Shown: positions 44,019-60,742 of the stretch, in pieces | Layout: the number at the start of each line of letters is the position of its first letter | How positions within the stretch are numbered: the stretch's first letter is position 1 | Source of the DNA: Salpingoeca rosetta | Taxonomy: Eukaryota; Protista; Choanoflagellata | Assembly (NCBI GenBank): GCA_033442325.1 | Contig: JAWQFM010000035.1 | Location: forward strand, 280,730 to 341,471 | DNA: 60,742 bases | Direction: 5' to 3' | The notes under the pieces: model-generated | Database searches by the model: none | Seen by the model: the letters and a program-made list of their open reading frames with translations, nothing else | Told to the model about the DNA's origin: nothing | Program-made: the position numbers and the translations under genes

Positions 44019-44020
<2 letters not shown>
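41991..44020. repeat. Direct duplication of ~730 bp (41991-42720 = 43291-44020), each copy bounded by (CA)n and (GT)n
   Basis: Identical sequence at a 1300-bp offset; the supplied ORF translations are duplicated. Contains RsmH exon 1, the shared promoter and IFT27 exon 1. Confidence 0.95.
43730..43947. promoter_or_regulatory. Compact bidirectional promoter region between RsmH-like gene and IFT27
   Basis: Divergent ATGs at 43729 (-) and 43948 (+), 218 bp apart. No specific site identified. Confidence 0.6.
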
Positions 44021-44100
<80 letters not shown>

Positions 44101-45048
44101 TGTTTCCATCGTACTCACTGTTGTTTCTGTGTCGCTCACACATCAGGCGACCAGACGGTGGGCAAGAGCGCAGTGACACAGGCCTTTCACAGCGATGGAT
44201 CACACTTCCCCAAAGCCTACACAATGGTCTGTTTGTGGTTCTGTGTGTGTGTGTGTGTGTGTGTGTCTGTGTGTGTCTGTGTGTGTCTGTGTCTGTTTAT
44301 GTTGCCCTTCATGTCATCATCTCTTTGCTTCACCGTCTTCATCATATTCCTCCTCACTTTGCCACCTTTGCGCTCCAAGCTCACTCACTGCGGCATCTCA
44401 CGTCTGCGCACCGCACAATGCTTGGTGCTTGGCGCCAGACGACACATCCCGAGCTTTGCGTCAAGTCAGTCAACATCCCCGATACACAAGACTCTGTGGT
44501 GAGGAAGAAGACCCTGTTCAACCAACGCCACGAGGGTTTTCCTCATCTCATCACATCAAACACATCAAAAGGCTGCTTGTTGTCTCTACCTGCGTGCATT
44601 GTCCACCCACCTCATCCTGCTTCTATATTCACCGTTTCCCGCACATGTCACTGCTGCAGGAGTTGATGCTGATTGATCTCCCAGGCGAAGAGGCGCTGCA
44701 GGAGAACATCACCTCATACGTGAGAAATACCACTGCCCACTGCTGCTAGTGCTGACGGCGCTGTGGATGCTGCCCAGGCTGCTGTGGATGCTGCTGCTGC
44801 TGTTTATCGTTGTCCAACCTGCGACACCAGCCTTGCCTCACAGCATTTTCCTTACGCTCCTCTCGCTATCCCACCCACCCTGCTGTGACAATACCATTCC
44901 CCTTCCCAATTCATTGCCACAGCTTGAGGACTGCAACATGGTTGTTGTCGTGTTTGACGTCACGCGGTCTCAGACATTTGAGAACAGCATCACCTGGCTC
45001 AACAAGGCCCGCACAGCCGCAGGCGCCTCCTTCATGGGCGGTGCGTGT

Positions 45049-45095
<47 letters not shown>

Positions 45096-45621
45096 TTGCG
45101 TCGATTCTGCTTGTGGTTCTCGCTCACACACCCTATCCTTCACATGTGACACACGAACCATACACACACACACGCTCTCGTACACGCATTCACATTGCGC
45201 AGGCGTGTTGCTGGGCAACAAGGCTGATCTTGATGCGCGACGAGAGGTGATCCGGGAGCAGGGCGAGGAAGTGGCGCGAACAAATGACCTCGACTACTTT
45301 GAGTGCTCAGCGGTGCGTACATAGTAGGGTGTGGTTAATACATTGTGTGTGTGTGTGTGTGTGTGTCTGTGTCTGTGTGTGTGTGTCTGTGTTTGTGTGT
45401 CGATAGAGAAGGGCAATACAGGTCTGCACATATCAGCATGACAGCGGATTCAGCTCTCTCCCCCCTCCCTCACACACACACACACACATGTGTGTGCTTG
45501 CTCTTCTTCTCCCTGTTTGCAGAAGAATGGGTCTGAGATTGACACGCCGTTCCACTTTATTGCCAGCATGTTTCATGCCTACTACAAGGACAAAGTGGGC
45601 CAGTTCATCACCATGGCGTAG
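43948..45621 (+). CDS. IFT27: Intraflagellar transport protein 27 (RABL4), 7 exons
   Basis: [12 protein letters not shown]|DQTVGKSAVTQAFHSDGSHFPKAYTM|TTHPELCVKSVNIPDTQDSV|ELMLIDLPG..|..VFDVT..WLNKAR|GVLLGNKADL..YFECSA|..PFHFIASMFHAYYKDKV. Colinear with animal IFT27; no prenylation motif. Confidence 0.95.
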
Positions 45622-45643
45622 CGCACTGATCGACCATCTCCTA

Positions 45644-45724
<81 letters not shown>

Positions 45725-46170
45725 CTGGTGTCACAATTGTCCATCTCTTCCACTCCATCTTCCACCATCTTCCTTGCACCCATCAACAACAAGCAGAGCC
45801 ATATCCGCTGCTGCCGTTTCATGAAAGATACCATCTACTTTTCGTACTTTGCGCGGCAAGTGCTCCTCCGCACCAGCCAGTCAAAAGCGAAAAACACAAC
45901 AAGCACTGCTGCCTCTGCTGTGTTGCTTGCCTTTTTCGCCGTTGTGCGTGCGTGCGTGTGTGTGCGTTGCATTCTCATTCCCCACCAAGCAAGAAGCAAG
46001 CAAGCAAGCCGTGTTGTCTTGTCGTTGGTTCTTTCCTCCTCGCTTGCTTCCCTCTGTTTTCTCTTTCTCCCCCTCCCCCGTTCCCCTTCGACCCGTCGCT
46101 CTCTTTGTCTCTGTGCGTGCCTTCCTCTTGACACCCCCCTCCTCCTCCTCCTCCTCTCACCCAACTCGGC

Positions 46171-49135
<2,965 letters not shown>

Positions 49136-49804
49136 TGATGATGTTGATGGCATGTGAGAGAGCGAGAGACAGAGAGACAGAGAGAGTGTTTGTGTGTGTG
49201 CGTGTGTGTGCGTTTGCACCAACTTCTGCGTGTAACTGCCCATCTTCTTCTTCCTCTTTCTCTTGTGTGTATGTATTCGACCACTGCAGCCGTGTCACCG
49301 CGGGCCTTGGCATTGCGGTGGTGCCGGTGTTGACGGAGAATGCCACGTCCCGCCATCTCCACCCCCCCCCCTTTTTTTCCTTCCATAGTCTCTGCTTGCT
49401 TACTTGCTGACTTGCATTCGCTTTGCATTACATTCGCTTGCTTGCTTGCCATCTTTTGATTGGACGATTGAAACGACCCAACACAACCAACGGCAGGGCA
49501 GAGAGTGGGAGCGAGAGAGAGAGAGTGTGTGTGTGTGTGTGTGTGACCCAAGAGCACCTCGCCGAAACACACCCGGAAGAGGCAGTGGTGTCGACTCAAA
49601 CCAAAACAAAACAAGTATACGAACGAAACAAAACAAAAGCGCGGGAGTGCCGTGACGACGTTTGCGACAAGCTTGACATGGAAAGAAAGCAACAGACGAC
49701 ACAAACGGAACGAAATGCAAAGCTGGAATACGTGGAGTGGTGAGATGCACGCATAGAACTACACTTGTGTACGTGTGCACGTGCGCGTGCGCGTGTGTGG
49801 ATGT

Positions 49805-52974
<3,170 letters not shown>

Positions 52975-53386
52975 GGTTGGTGGGTTGCACAAAGCGGGGT
53001 CCAACGAATCTCTGCGAACAAACAAAGCAATGCAATGCAAAGCACCGGTCACGAGTGAGCTGCCACAAGCAAGCGACGATGCACAGGACCGCAGCTGAGA
53101 GCACCACCCTCACAACAACCATCCATCCACACGCATGCACAACAACATGCTCAACTCACAGCAAGCAAAAGACAGTGCTGTTGTCTTGTTGTGTGGGCAC
53201 GAGTGTGGCGAAAATTCGCGTCTGACGTGTTTCACACATTGCAGCAGCAGAAGAAGAAGAAGAAGAAGCAACAACAACGCTGTGTTACAATCGAACTGAC
53301 ACTGCCTGCCCTAGCTCCTTCCTGCTCCACCTCCAACACCATCTCATCGACAGATACGTTGACAACAGACACGGTGACAGACGGCG

Positions 53387-54127
53387 ATGGATGTGGCCCG
53401 CGTACGACTGGTGTTTGCGTCGTTGACGCCTCGCAGCGCAAGGCAGGCTGTCATCGCGCTGCACCACTCGCTCGTGCTCACACACGGATGGCAGGTGCGT
53501 CAATGTAATGCGTGGTGTATGCATGATGTGGTGATGTGATGGGTATGCGTGATGTGGTGATGTGATGGTTACGTGTGTGTTGGATGAGAGGTGGATGAGA
53601 GGTGTGCATGGCAATGCTCAAACAAGCACATCTCTGCCACAAACGCGTCGCAGGAGGTGCCGGAGAAACGGGGCGGGTGGGAGCCAGAAGGCGACGTAGC
53701 CACATTTCACTACACAAAGGATGGCAATGAAGCCATGATGAAGGCACTTCAAATGGATGACCAGCTCGTGTTCCACTTCCAGGTACTGTGTGATGTGTGT
53801 TTTGTGTGCGTGTGTGTGTATCTCTGTCTGCGTGCCTGCAACGCTGTTTGCAACACCACTCGCAAGTCTGCCTGCAACTCTGCCTGCGTGCCTGTCTGCA
53901 ATTCTGCCAATCCCAGCTTGTGCGAGCCTCTCACAGACAGGTGCGTGCTTGTGTGGCTGCGCGTGCATCGCGTGCTAACCCAGATTGGTGGGCGTGACGT
54001 CAAGACTGTGGAGTGCAAGGTGCACACTATTGTAAATGGCGGCACAGACTGCGCAGATCCAGACCGCTGCTTATCCCTCGACGCCTTTGCTGCTGCAACA
54101 TCCTTTGTCGACACCGTGTTTCCCAGG

Positions 54128-54185
<58 letters not shown>

Positions 54186-55360
54186 TGTGTGTGTGTGTTT
54201 GCGAACTTGTGCATCAACTAACTGTCTGCTCACCTGCCAGCACTGTTTGCTTCTTCTGTTCACTTTACTCCCACCCAACTTCTCTCACGATTTGTTCGCT
54301 CTTCTCACACACCGCAACCGACAGGCCACCAGCGGCGCGGCGTGCAGATGATGACGAGGAGCGCGGTGGCCGTGGTGTCGGTCGCCTGGGCGGAGACTCG
54401 CAGCCAAACCCAGATGTGCCGCCAAGCATGCTGCGCCCGCCGCAAACCCAGCCGCCAGCCTCCATCTACGACATTGGGCGCAGTGACATTGACCCGAACC
54501 TCGGCATGTACAGTGAGTTGGTGAAGACCACACGCCATGCACACGAGGGGATTCGTGGCGCATGTATTGGGATGAGGAGGTGGGGAGCTACCTGCGCTGA
54601 TTTTTATCACACACACACACTCGCACACTCACTCACTCACTCACGCACGCACACACTCACACACACACACTCACACACACACTCACTCACACACTCACAC
54701 ACACACACACACTCACACACTCACACACTCACGCACACACTCACACACTCACACACTCACGCACACACTCACGCACTCACTCACACACACACACTCATTC
54801 CCTCACACACACACTCACTGACTCACTGACTCACACACACACACACACACTCACTCACTCACTCACTCACTCACTAACTCACTAACTCACTCACTCACTC
54901 ACTCACTCACTCACTCACTCACTCACTCACACACTCACACACTCACACACACACACACACTCATTCCCTCACACACTCACACACACTCTCACTCACTCAT
55001 TCCCTCACACACACACTCACTCACTCATTCCCTCACACACACACACTCACTCACTCACTCACTCACTCACACTCACTCACTGCAGGCCAGCCAACACCGC
55101 CCGGCCACGGCATGTTCATGGGGCCTGATCACCCCTTGTTCCAGGGCGGCGTTCCTGACACAGACGTGCGCACCGGGTTCCCGCCGGGCTCTGTGCCACC
55201 TGGCGCACGCTTCGACCCCGTCACGCCGTTTGCTGACCCGCGCGACCCCGCTGGCCGTGGCCGTGGCCGTGGCCGTGGAAGGGGAGGCGGCGGCCTGGCC
55301 TTTGGCGAACCAAACCCAGACCACTTCCGGCCACCCCGGGGCTTTGACCCCTTTATGTGA
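53387..55360 (+). CDS. PSMF1: Proteasome inhibitor PI31, about 5 exons
   Basis: FP-domain start QAVIALHHSLVLTHGW; IGRSDIDP; GMFMGPDHPLF; PPGSVPPGARFDPVTP; GEPNPDHFRPP. Confidence 0.92.
54608..55080. repeat. Compound (CA)n/(CACT)n microsatellite filling the last PI31 intron
   Basis: About 470 bp of ca/cact units running up to the acceptor. Confidence 0.95.
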
Positions 55361-55370
55361 TGTGATATGT

Positions 55371-55409
<39 letters not shown>

Positions 55410-55754
55410 AGCAGTATCATCATCAGCAGCAGGTGATCTGTGCGAGCTGCTGCTGCGTGTACCCATCACCTGCCCTCGTCACCTTCCCTCTCGTTCCATT
55501 CTCGTGCGCGCGTATGCTTAGATTCATAAACGACCACCACCTTGAGGCGTGCGAGTTTGCTTGCAGTGAGGCAACATGTCGTGTTGCGATTGCACTTTTG
55601 TCTGTTTCGTCGTGTTGGTGGTGGCAGCAGGTGGATCCCACCCTCACAACCGCCACGACACAGCACAACACGCAACACACTACAACCACCACAACGCCCA
55701 CAACACAACACACCACTCACAACCGCAACCAAAGTCACACCGCGTCCATCGCCG

Positions 55755-57079
55755 TCAGCGTCGCTTGTGCTTCTTGCCTGCAAGCAAGACACGTCGCATT
55801 TCCTCTGGAGTCCGGTTAACGAGGATCAGCCATGGCCACGCCCACGCCTTGTCACTCGTGGTGCAGTTGAGCATGTGAAGTGAGGCCACTGGTGGGAGGT
55901 TGTCGAGGCTGTCAAAGGTGCAGTTCCTTAGCACGAGCCGCTGCACGTTCTGCATGCAGGCAAAGTCTTGGATACTGCAAGAGTCCAGGTGGCACGCGGA
56001 CACGTCCCGCACACGTGCGACCTGAAGCGTGGAAAATACATCGTCGCCCATCTGCTCTGAAGCAACCACGCCGCGAAGAACAGACAAGTAATGCGTGGCG
56101 GTGACAGTGGCAGCGCCACGACATGCTGGGAGGAACAGACTGCGACAGCCCGTGATCTCTCCTTCCACGGTACAGCCTTCAAGCGACAGGCGCTGGCGGT
56201 TGGAGAGAAGATAGAGGTTGTGGATGGGAGCGCCAGAACTGGTGCTGGGGAGTGTCAGGCGTGGCACGTGCGCCACAAGGCGGATTGGAAAGTCAGATCT
56301 CCTGCAGCATTGCAGCTCCTGCACGCATGGCGGTGCGGGGGCGTCGACATTCAACTTGCGTATGCCCATCGACAAGTACACGCGCACGTGGTCTGGAATG
56401 ACATGCAGGTCGCTCATGTTCCTGACGCACGCACGCAACACCAGCGTGTCGACGCGGCTGCCAAGGTCAGTCAGTTGCTCCCGTGACAGGAACGAGTCTG
56501 GGAGACTGACATGGACCATCCTCGCATGCTCAAACGCAGGGATTGGCAGGGCGGCACTGCTGCCTCGCTTGCGGATGTACAGGCGGTCGAGGTGGGCTGG
56601 GCACGTGATTTGCTTCACGTCAGACTCGACAAGCTCAATCTTCGTAGCCTTGGGAAGATGCAGCACATCTGGCATCACCTTTATGTTTGCCAGGCGGACG
56701 CTGGTGGCATTGGCGAGTCGATTTGTTGTCAGTGCCACATCTGTGAGACTCACTCGTTGTGCTGCTGCAGTTGCTGTGGTTGCTGGCAGGAGGTCCGATT
56801 GGACAGGATTGGAAGGTGTGAAGCCAGTGCAAAATCGCCCTTTCGGCCCTGTTCCCATTGTAGACGCGTGACAGGCACCACTTTGGCATGGCCCACGGGA
56901 GGTCGTGGTACAGCTCGCGGCACGTCAGCATGAGGTTGAAAAACGCTCGGCCCAGAGCTTGCTGAGCAGCACGCTTGTCAACGTCCGCTTCATCCAGAAT
57001 GGACACGTGGTGGTGGTCGTTCCTGGCAGTGAGTTGCAATCAGCGCCCACTCACTGGCAGACACACTCGAGATGGACAT
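55755..57079 (-). pseudogene. F-box-like / degenerate LRR gene split over three reading frames (pseudogene or sequence errors)
   Basis: MSISSVSASEWALIATHC (frame A), RAFFNLMLTCRELY (frame B), then LRR-like LLSNRQRLSLEGC..MQNVQRLVLRNC..LPPVASLHMLNC (frame C, ORF 55755-56858). No convincing introns reconcile the frames. Confidence 0.5.
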
Positions 57080-57088
57080 GGTGTGTGC

Positions 57089-57123
<35 letters not shown>

Positions 57124-57163
57124 TGTGTGCTTGTGTGTGTGTGTGTGTGTGTGTGTTGTCGTT

Positions 57164-57822
57164 NNNNNNNNNNNNNNNNNNNNNNNNNNNNNNNNNNNNN
57201 NNNNNNNNNNNNNNNNNNNNNNNNNNNNNNNNNNNNNNNNNNNNNNNNNNNNNNNNNNNNNNNNNNNNNNNNNNNNNNNNNNNNNNNNNNNNNNNNNNNN
57301 NNNNNNNNNNNNNNNNNNNNNNNNNNNNNNNNNNNNNNNNNNNNNNNNNNNNNNNNNNNNNNNNNNNNNNNNNNNNNNNNNNNNNNNNNNNNNNNNNNNN
57401 NNNNNNNNNNNNNNNNNNNNNNNNNNNNNNNNNNNNNNNNNNNNNNNNNNNNNNNNNNNNNNNNNNNNNNNNNNNNNNNNNNNNNNNNNNNNNNNNNNNN
57501 NNNNNNNNNNNNNNNNNNNNNNNNNNNNNNNNNNNNNNNNNNNNNNNNNNNNNNNNNNNNNNNNNNNNNNNNNNNNNNNNNNNNNNNNNNNNNNNNNNNN
57601 NNNNNNNNNNNNNNNNNNNNNNNNNNNNNNNNNNNNNNNNNNNNNNNNNNNNNNNNNNNNNNNNNNNNNNNNNNNNNNNNNNNNNNNNNNNNNNNNNNNN
57701 NNNNNNNNNNNNNNNNNNNNNNNNNNNNNNNNNNNNNNNNNNNNNNNNNNNNNNNNNNNNNNNNNNNNNNNNNNNNNNNNNNNNNNNNNNNNNNNNNNNN
57801 NNNNNNNNNNNNNNNNNNNNNN
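57164..57822. other. Assembly gap (N run)
   Basis: N bases flanked by TG repeats. Confidence 1.
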
Positions 57823-57893
57823 CGTGCGTGTATGTTAGTGTGTGTGTATGTGTGTATGTGTGTGTGTGAGTGTGTGTGTGTGTTGTGTGTGTG

Positions 57894-57934
<41 letters not shown>

Positions 57935-57984
57935 TGTTTGTGTTTGTGTGTGTGTCTGTGTGGGTGATTTTTTGTTGCCTGCAG

Positions 57985-58508
57985 GCAAGCAAGAAGAGCC
58001 CTCGGCCCTGTGCATGAATGAGGCACTCCTGCGCTCTGTTACTTTTCGCTCACCGCAAACATGGGTTTCCACCAACCCCTTCCTCCTCTACGCTTCATTC
58101 TCCACAGGTTGCTTCAGCCGCATCGAGGACGGCATCACGGACGAGGAAGAGCAGCGCGGGCCTCAGCCATCACCGGCCCAACAGGCACGGGAGACTCAAA
58201 GCCTCCAGCAAGAAGCAGACACGCATGAGGGCACAGCGCAACACGCGCCAACGCCGCTTCCCCCGACGCTTCAACCCAACGCTGTGCCTGCACCGGCCCA
58301 ACGCACGCGTAGCGGAGGCCCTCCGATCACTGGCGCTGGCGAGCCTCAACACCACCAACAAGAGCAACAGCACTACCACCAGCAGCAGCCGCACCAGCGA
58401 CTGCAGCCACAGCCGCAAGGGCGCCGAGATGGTGGCCCTGAGCAACAAGGCCTACCCCCACAGTCGCAGGTTTGGGGACAGGCCGCCCACGGCAGAGGCA
58501 AGCAGTAA
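57985..58508 (+). CDS. Possible 3' exon(s) of an unknown Q/P-rich protein whose 5' part lies in the gap
   Basis: Acceptor-like ttgcctgcag at ~57983 and ctccacag at ~58107, followed by open frame IEDGITDEEEQRGPQPSP.. to a stop at 58508. No family recognised. Confidence 0.35.
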
Positions 58509-59310
58509 TGGAATGACGAAGATACCACAGCGACAATAATGAAACTCACACGTTGGAAATGAGAAAACGGGCCTGCTTGTGTGCCCTTTTCCCAACGTAT
58601 TTGAATTCGTGCCTTCGTTGGCAAATGATACTCGAAACCCTGCTCGCATTGACCTTTGTGAACTAGGAGAACCCATGATTTTTGCATTTTCCTTGTGCAG
58701 CCATGCTACTGATGTATCGTGTACTCTGCTCAGGTTAATTTACTCTATCTTTCAGTTCATGCTGTGACTTGATTTGTTACATGTCATGACGTGCATTCAC
58801 ACCACTGCTGCACACCAGCGGAGCACCTCACCATTTTCACCGTGCCATTGCTTGTGTGGAACTGATGCACGTGTCAGTCTACGGCGTGCTGTGCTCTTCA
58901 TCTGCACATTGTCTTTGTGTTTGGTTTGATGCTCTCGTGACTCTTGATGCTCTTTCGGGTCGTGGTTCCGTTCATTCTAAACCGCAGCAACAGAAACAAC
59001 GTCTCAGTCGACAGTCGCGACGTCACGCACAATGAATGCACCATGCACCACGTCGCTCACGATGCAACCACAAACCACACCCACGCACGATGATGGTCTA
59101 CCAGCTACAGCACGCAACTCAAGCATGTAAGAAAGCAACAACGCGACAGCACGGGAAAAAAGGTGCACAAGAAGACAACAGCACACAACGACAAGCACAA
59201 CGAAGGAAACGCAGGCAGTCGCATGTACCACACAACACCACCAACAACAGCAGCTGTTGCAGCAGCTCTTTGCCCCTCTTCCTTCGTGGCATTCCACCCC
59301 GTGTTGGTGA

Positions 59311-59599
59311 CTAGTGGACGCGGTTCTCGATGATGGCGTCGACAACGGAGGGGTCGGCGAGCGTAGACGTGTCGCCGAGTGAGCTCTCCTCCTTGCTGGC
59401 AATCTTGCGCAGGATACGACGCATCACCTTGCCTGATGGGTGGTGGCGGGTGGCGGGTGATGGGTGGTGGTGGTGGTTGGGAGGGGTTGAGGGATGAGGA
59501 AAAGCAGAAAAGTTGGGGAGGGAATTATGCAGATCAGGCTGTATGAGCGTGGTTCACCTTCCAATACGCAGACAGACAGACATACAGACAGACAGACAT

Positions 59600-59632
<33 letters not shown>

Positions 59633-60362
59633 AAGACAGACAGACAGACAGACAGAGACGCAAATCGTCACACACGCACGCGCACACGCACACACACAAA
59701 CAAACAAACAAACAAACCAACCAACAAACAAACAAACAAACAAACAAACAAACAAACAAACAAACAAACAAACAAACAAACAAACAAACAAACAAACAAA
59801 CAAACAAACAAACAAACAAACAAACAAACAAACAAACAAACAAACAAACAAAAACAAATAAATGACTTTCGCACCGGATCGGGTCTTTGGGAGGCCGGGT
59901 GCGTACTGGATGAGGTCTGGCTGTGCAAAGGGTCCAATGTGTTGGCGCACGTGCTGCTTGAGCTCCTTCACAAGCTGCGGGCCGAACTCAAACCCGGGGT
60001 TCAGCACCACATAGCAGTAGATGCCTTCGCCCTGCACAGGTGTGTGTGTGTGTGTGGTTTCGAGTTGCATGCGTGTGCTCCACACGACAATGCCAACACC
60101 CGTCTCCTGTCCACCCCCCATCTCCACCACACCCCATCACCACACCCCAATCCCCAATCCCCAATCGACATCACGCCACCACCAATCACCACCACACCTT
60201 GATCTCGTGCGGGTAGCCGACGACGGCGGCCTCCACCACGGCCTCGTGTTGCGCCAGCGCGCTCTCCAGCTCCGCGGTGCCCAGGCGGTGGCCGGACACG
60301 TTGATGACGTCATCGATGCGCCCCGTGATCCAGTAGTAACCGTCGGCATCCCGCCGCGCACC
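59311..60362 (-). CDS. ACS: Acetyl-CoA synthetase, last three exons
   Basis: [46 protein letters not shown]|[24 protein letters not shown]|[24 protein letters not shown]. Confidence 0.95.
59568..59851. repeat. (CAGA)n + (AAAC)n microsatellites in ACS intron
   Basis: Tandem caga followed by tandem aaac. Confidence 0.95.
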
Positions 60363-60414
60363 TGGTCACGCAGTGATGCAAGGGGGAGGTGTAGGGGGTT
60401 GGTGTGTGTGTGTG

Positions 60415-60501
<87 letters not shown>

Positions 60502-60742
60502 TAGTACGTACGGTATTGCACAATACCTTCAAATACCACCTCTTTGTAACAGACACACCCATTTTTCACTCCAACGAGAGGTGGCGCACATATTCGCGCA
60601 AATTGCTAGATGACCGTATGTGATGTACGATTGGCCCGAGATCCACCCAATGTCTGCCGCGCCACAGCATCACCTAAAGATGTGAGTGCCTCCCTGTGTT
60701 AGATTGAGGAGTTGAGCGCTGCTGGCTTCCTTGGAAGTGGAA

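Overview
Eukaryotic, intron-rich, microsatellite-saturated genomic DNA with four N-gaps. Composition, gene content (IFT27, SH2/PTB phosphotyrosine proteins, Rab32) and (CA)n/(TG)n-filled introns suggest a choanoflagellate such as Salpingoeca rosetta; this is an inference. Most ORFs in the supplied track are microsatellite translations, so I rebuilt the real genes by hand-splicing GT..AG exons; boundaries are approximate. About 17 genes or fragments: MYST acetyltransferase (partial), Rab32/38, intronless GT90 glycosyltransferase, harmonin-homology + tandem-SH2 protein, IRS-type PTB docking protein (FRS2/Gab-like), opine dehydrogenase, BAH protein, a large kinase-less single-pass receptor, TLC-domain protein, RsmH/METTL15, IFT27, a low-complexity hypothetical, IDH3 alpha, PI31, a frameshifted F-box/LRR-like gene, an orphan 3' fragment, and acetyl-CoA synthetase (partial). 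Most notable: (1) a candidate phosphotyrosine module at 9.7-36.4 kb (receptor tail with NPLY and 11 YDN motifs; PTB adaptor with YIPM and an SHP2-type tandem tyrosine motif; phosphatase-less tandem-SH2 protein with an SHP2-like linker); (2) a seven-copy 8-Cys ectodomain repeat I cannot assign to a family; (3) a consistent TG-rich 5' / CA-rich 3' polarity in introns that could pair intron ends. Two regions (41.4-44.1 kb and 60.4-60.7 kb) look mis-assembled at microsatellites.
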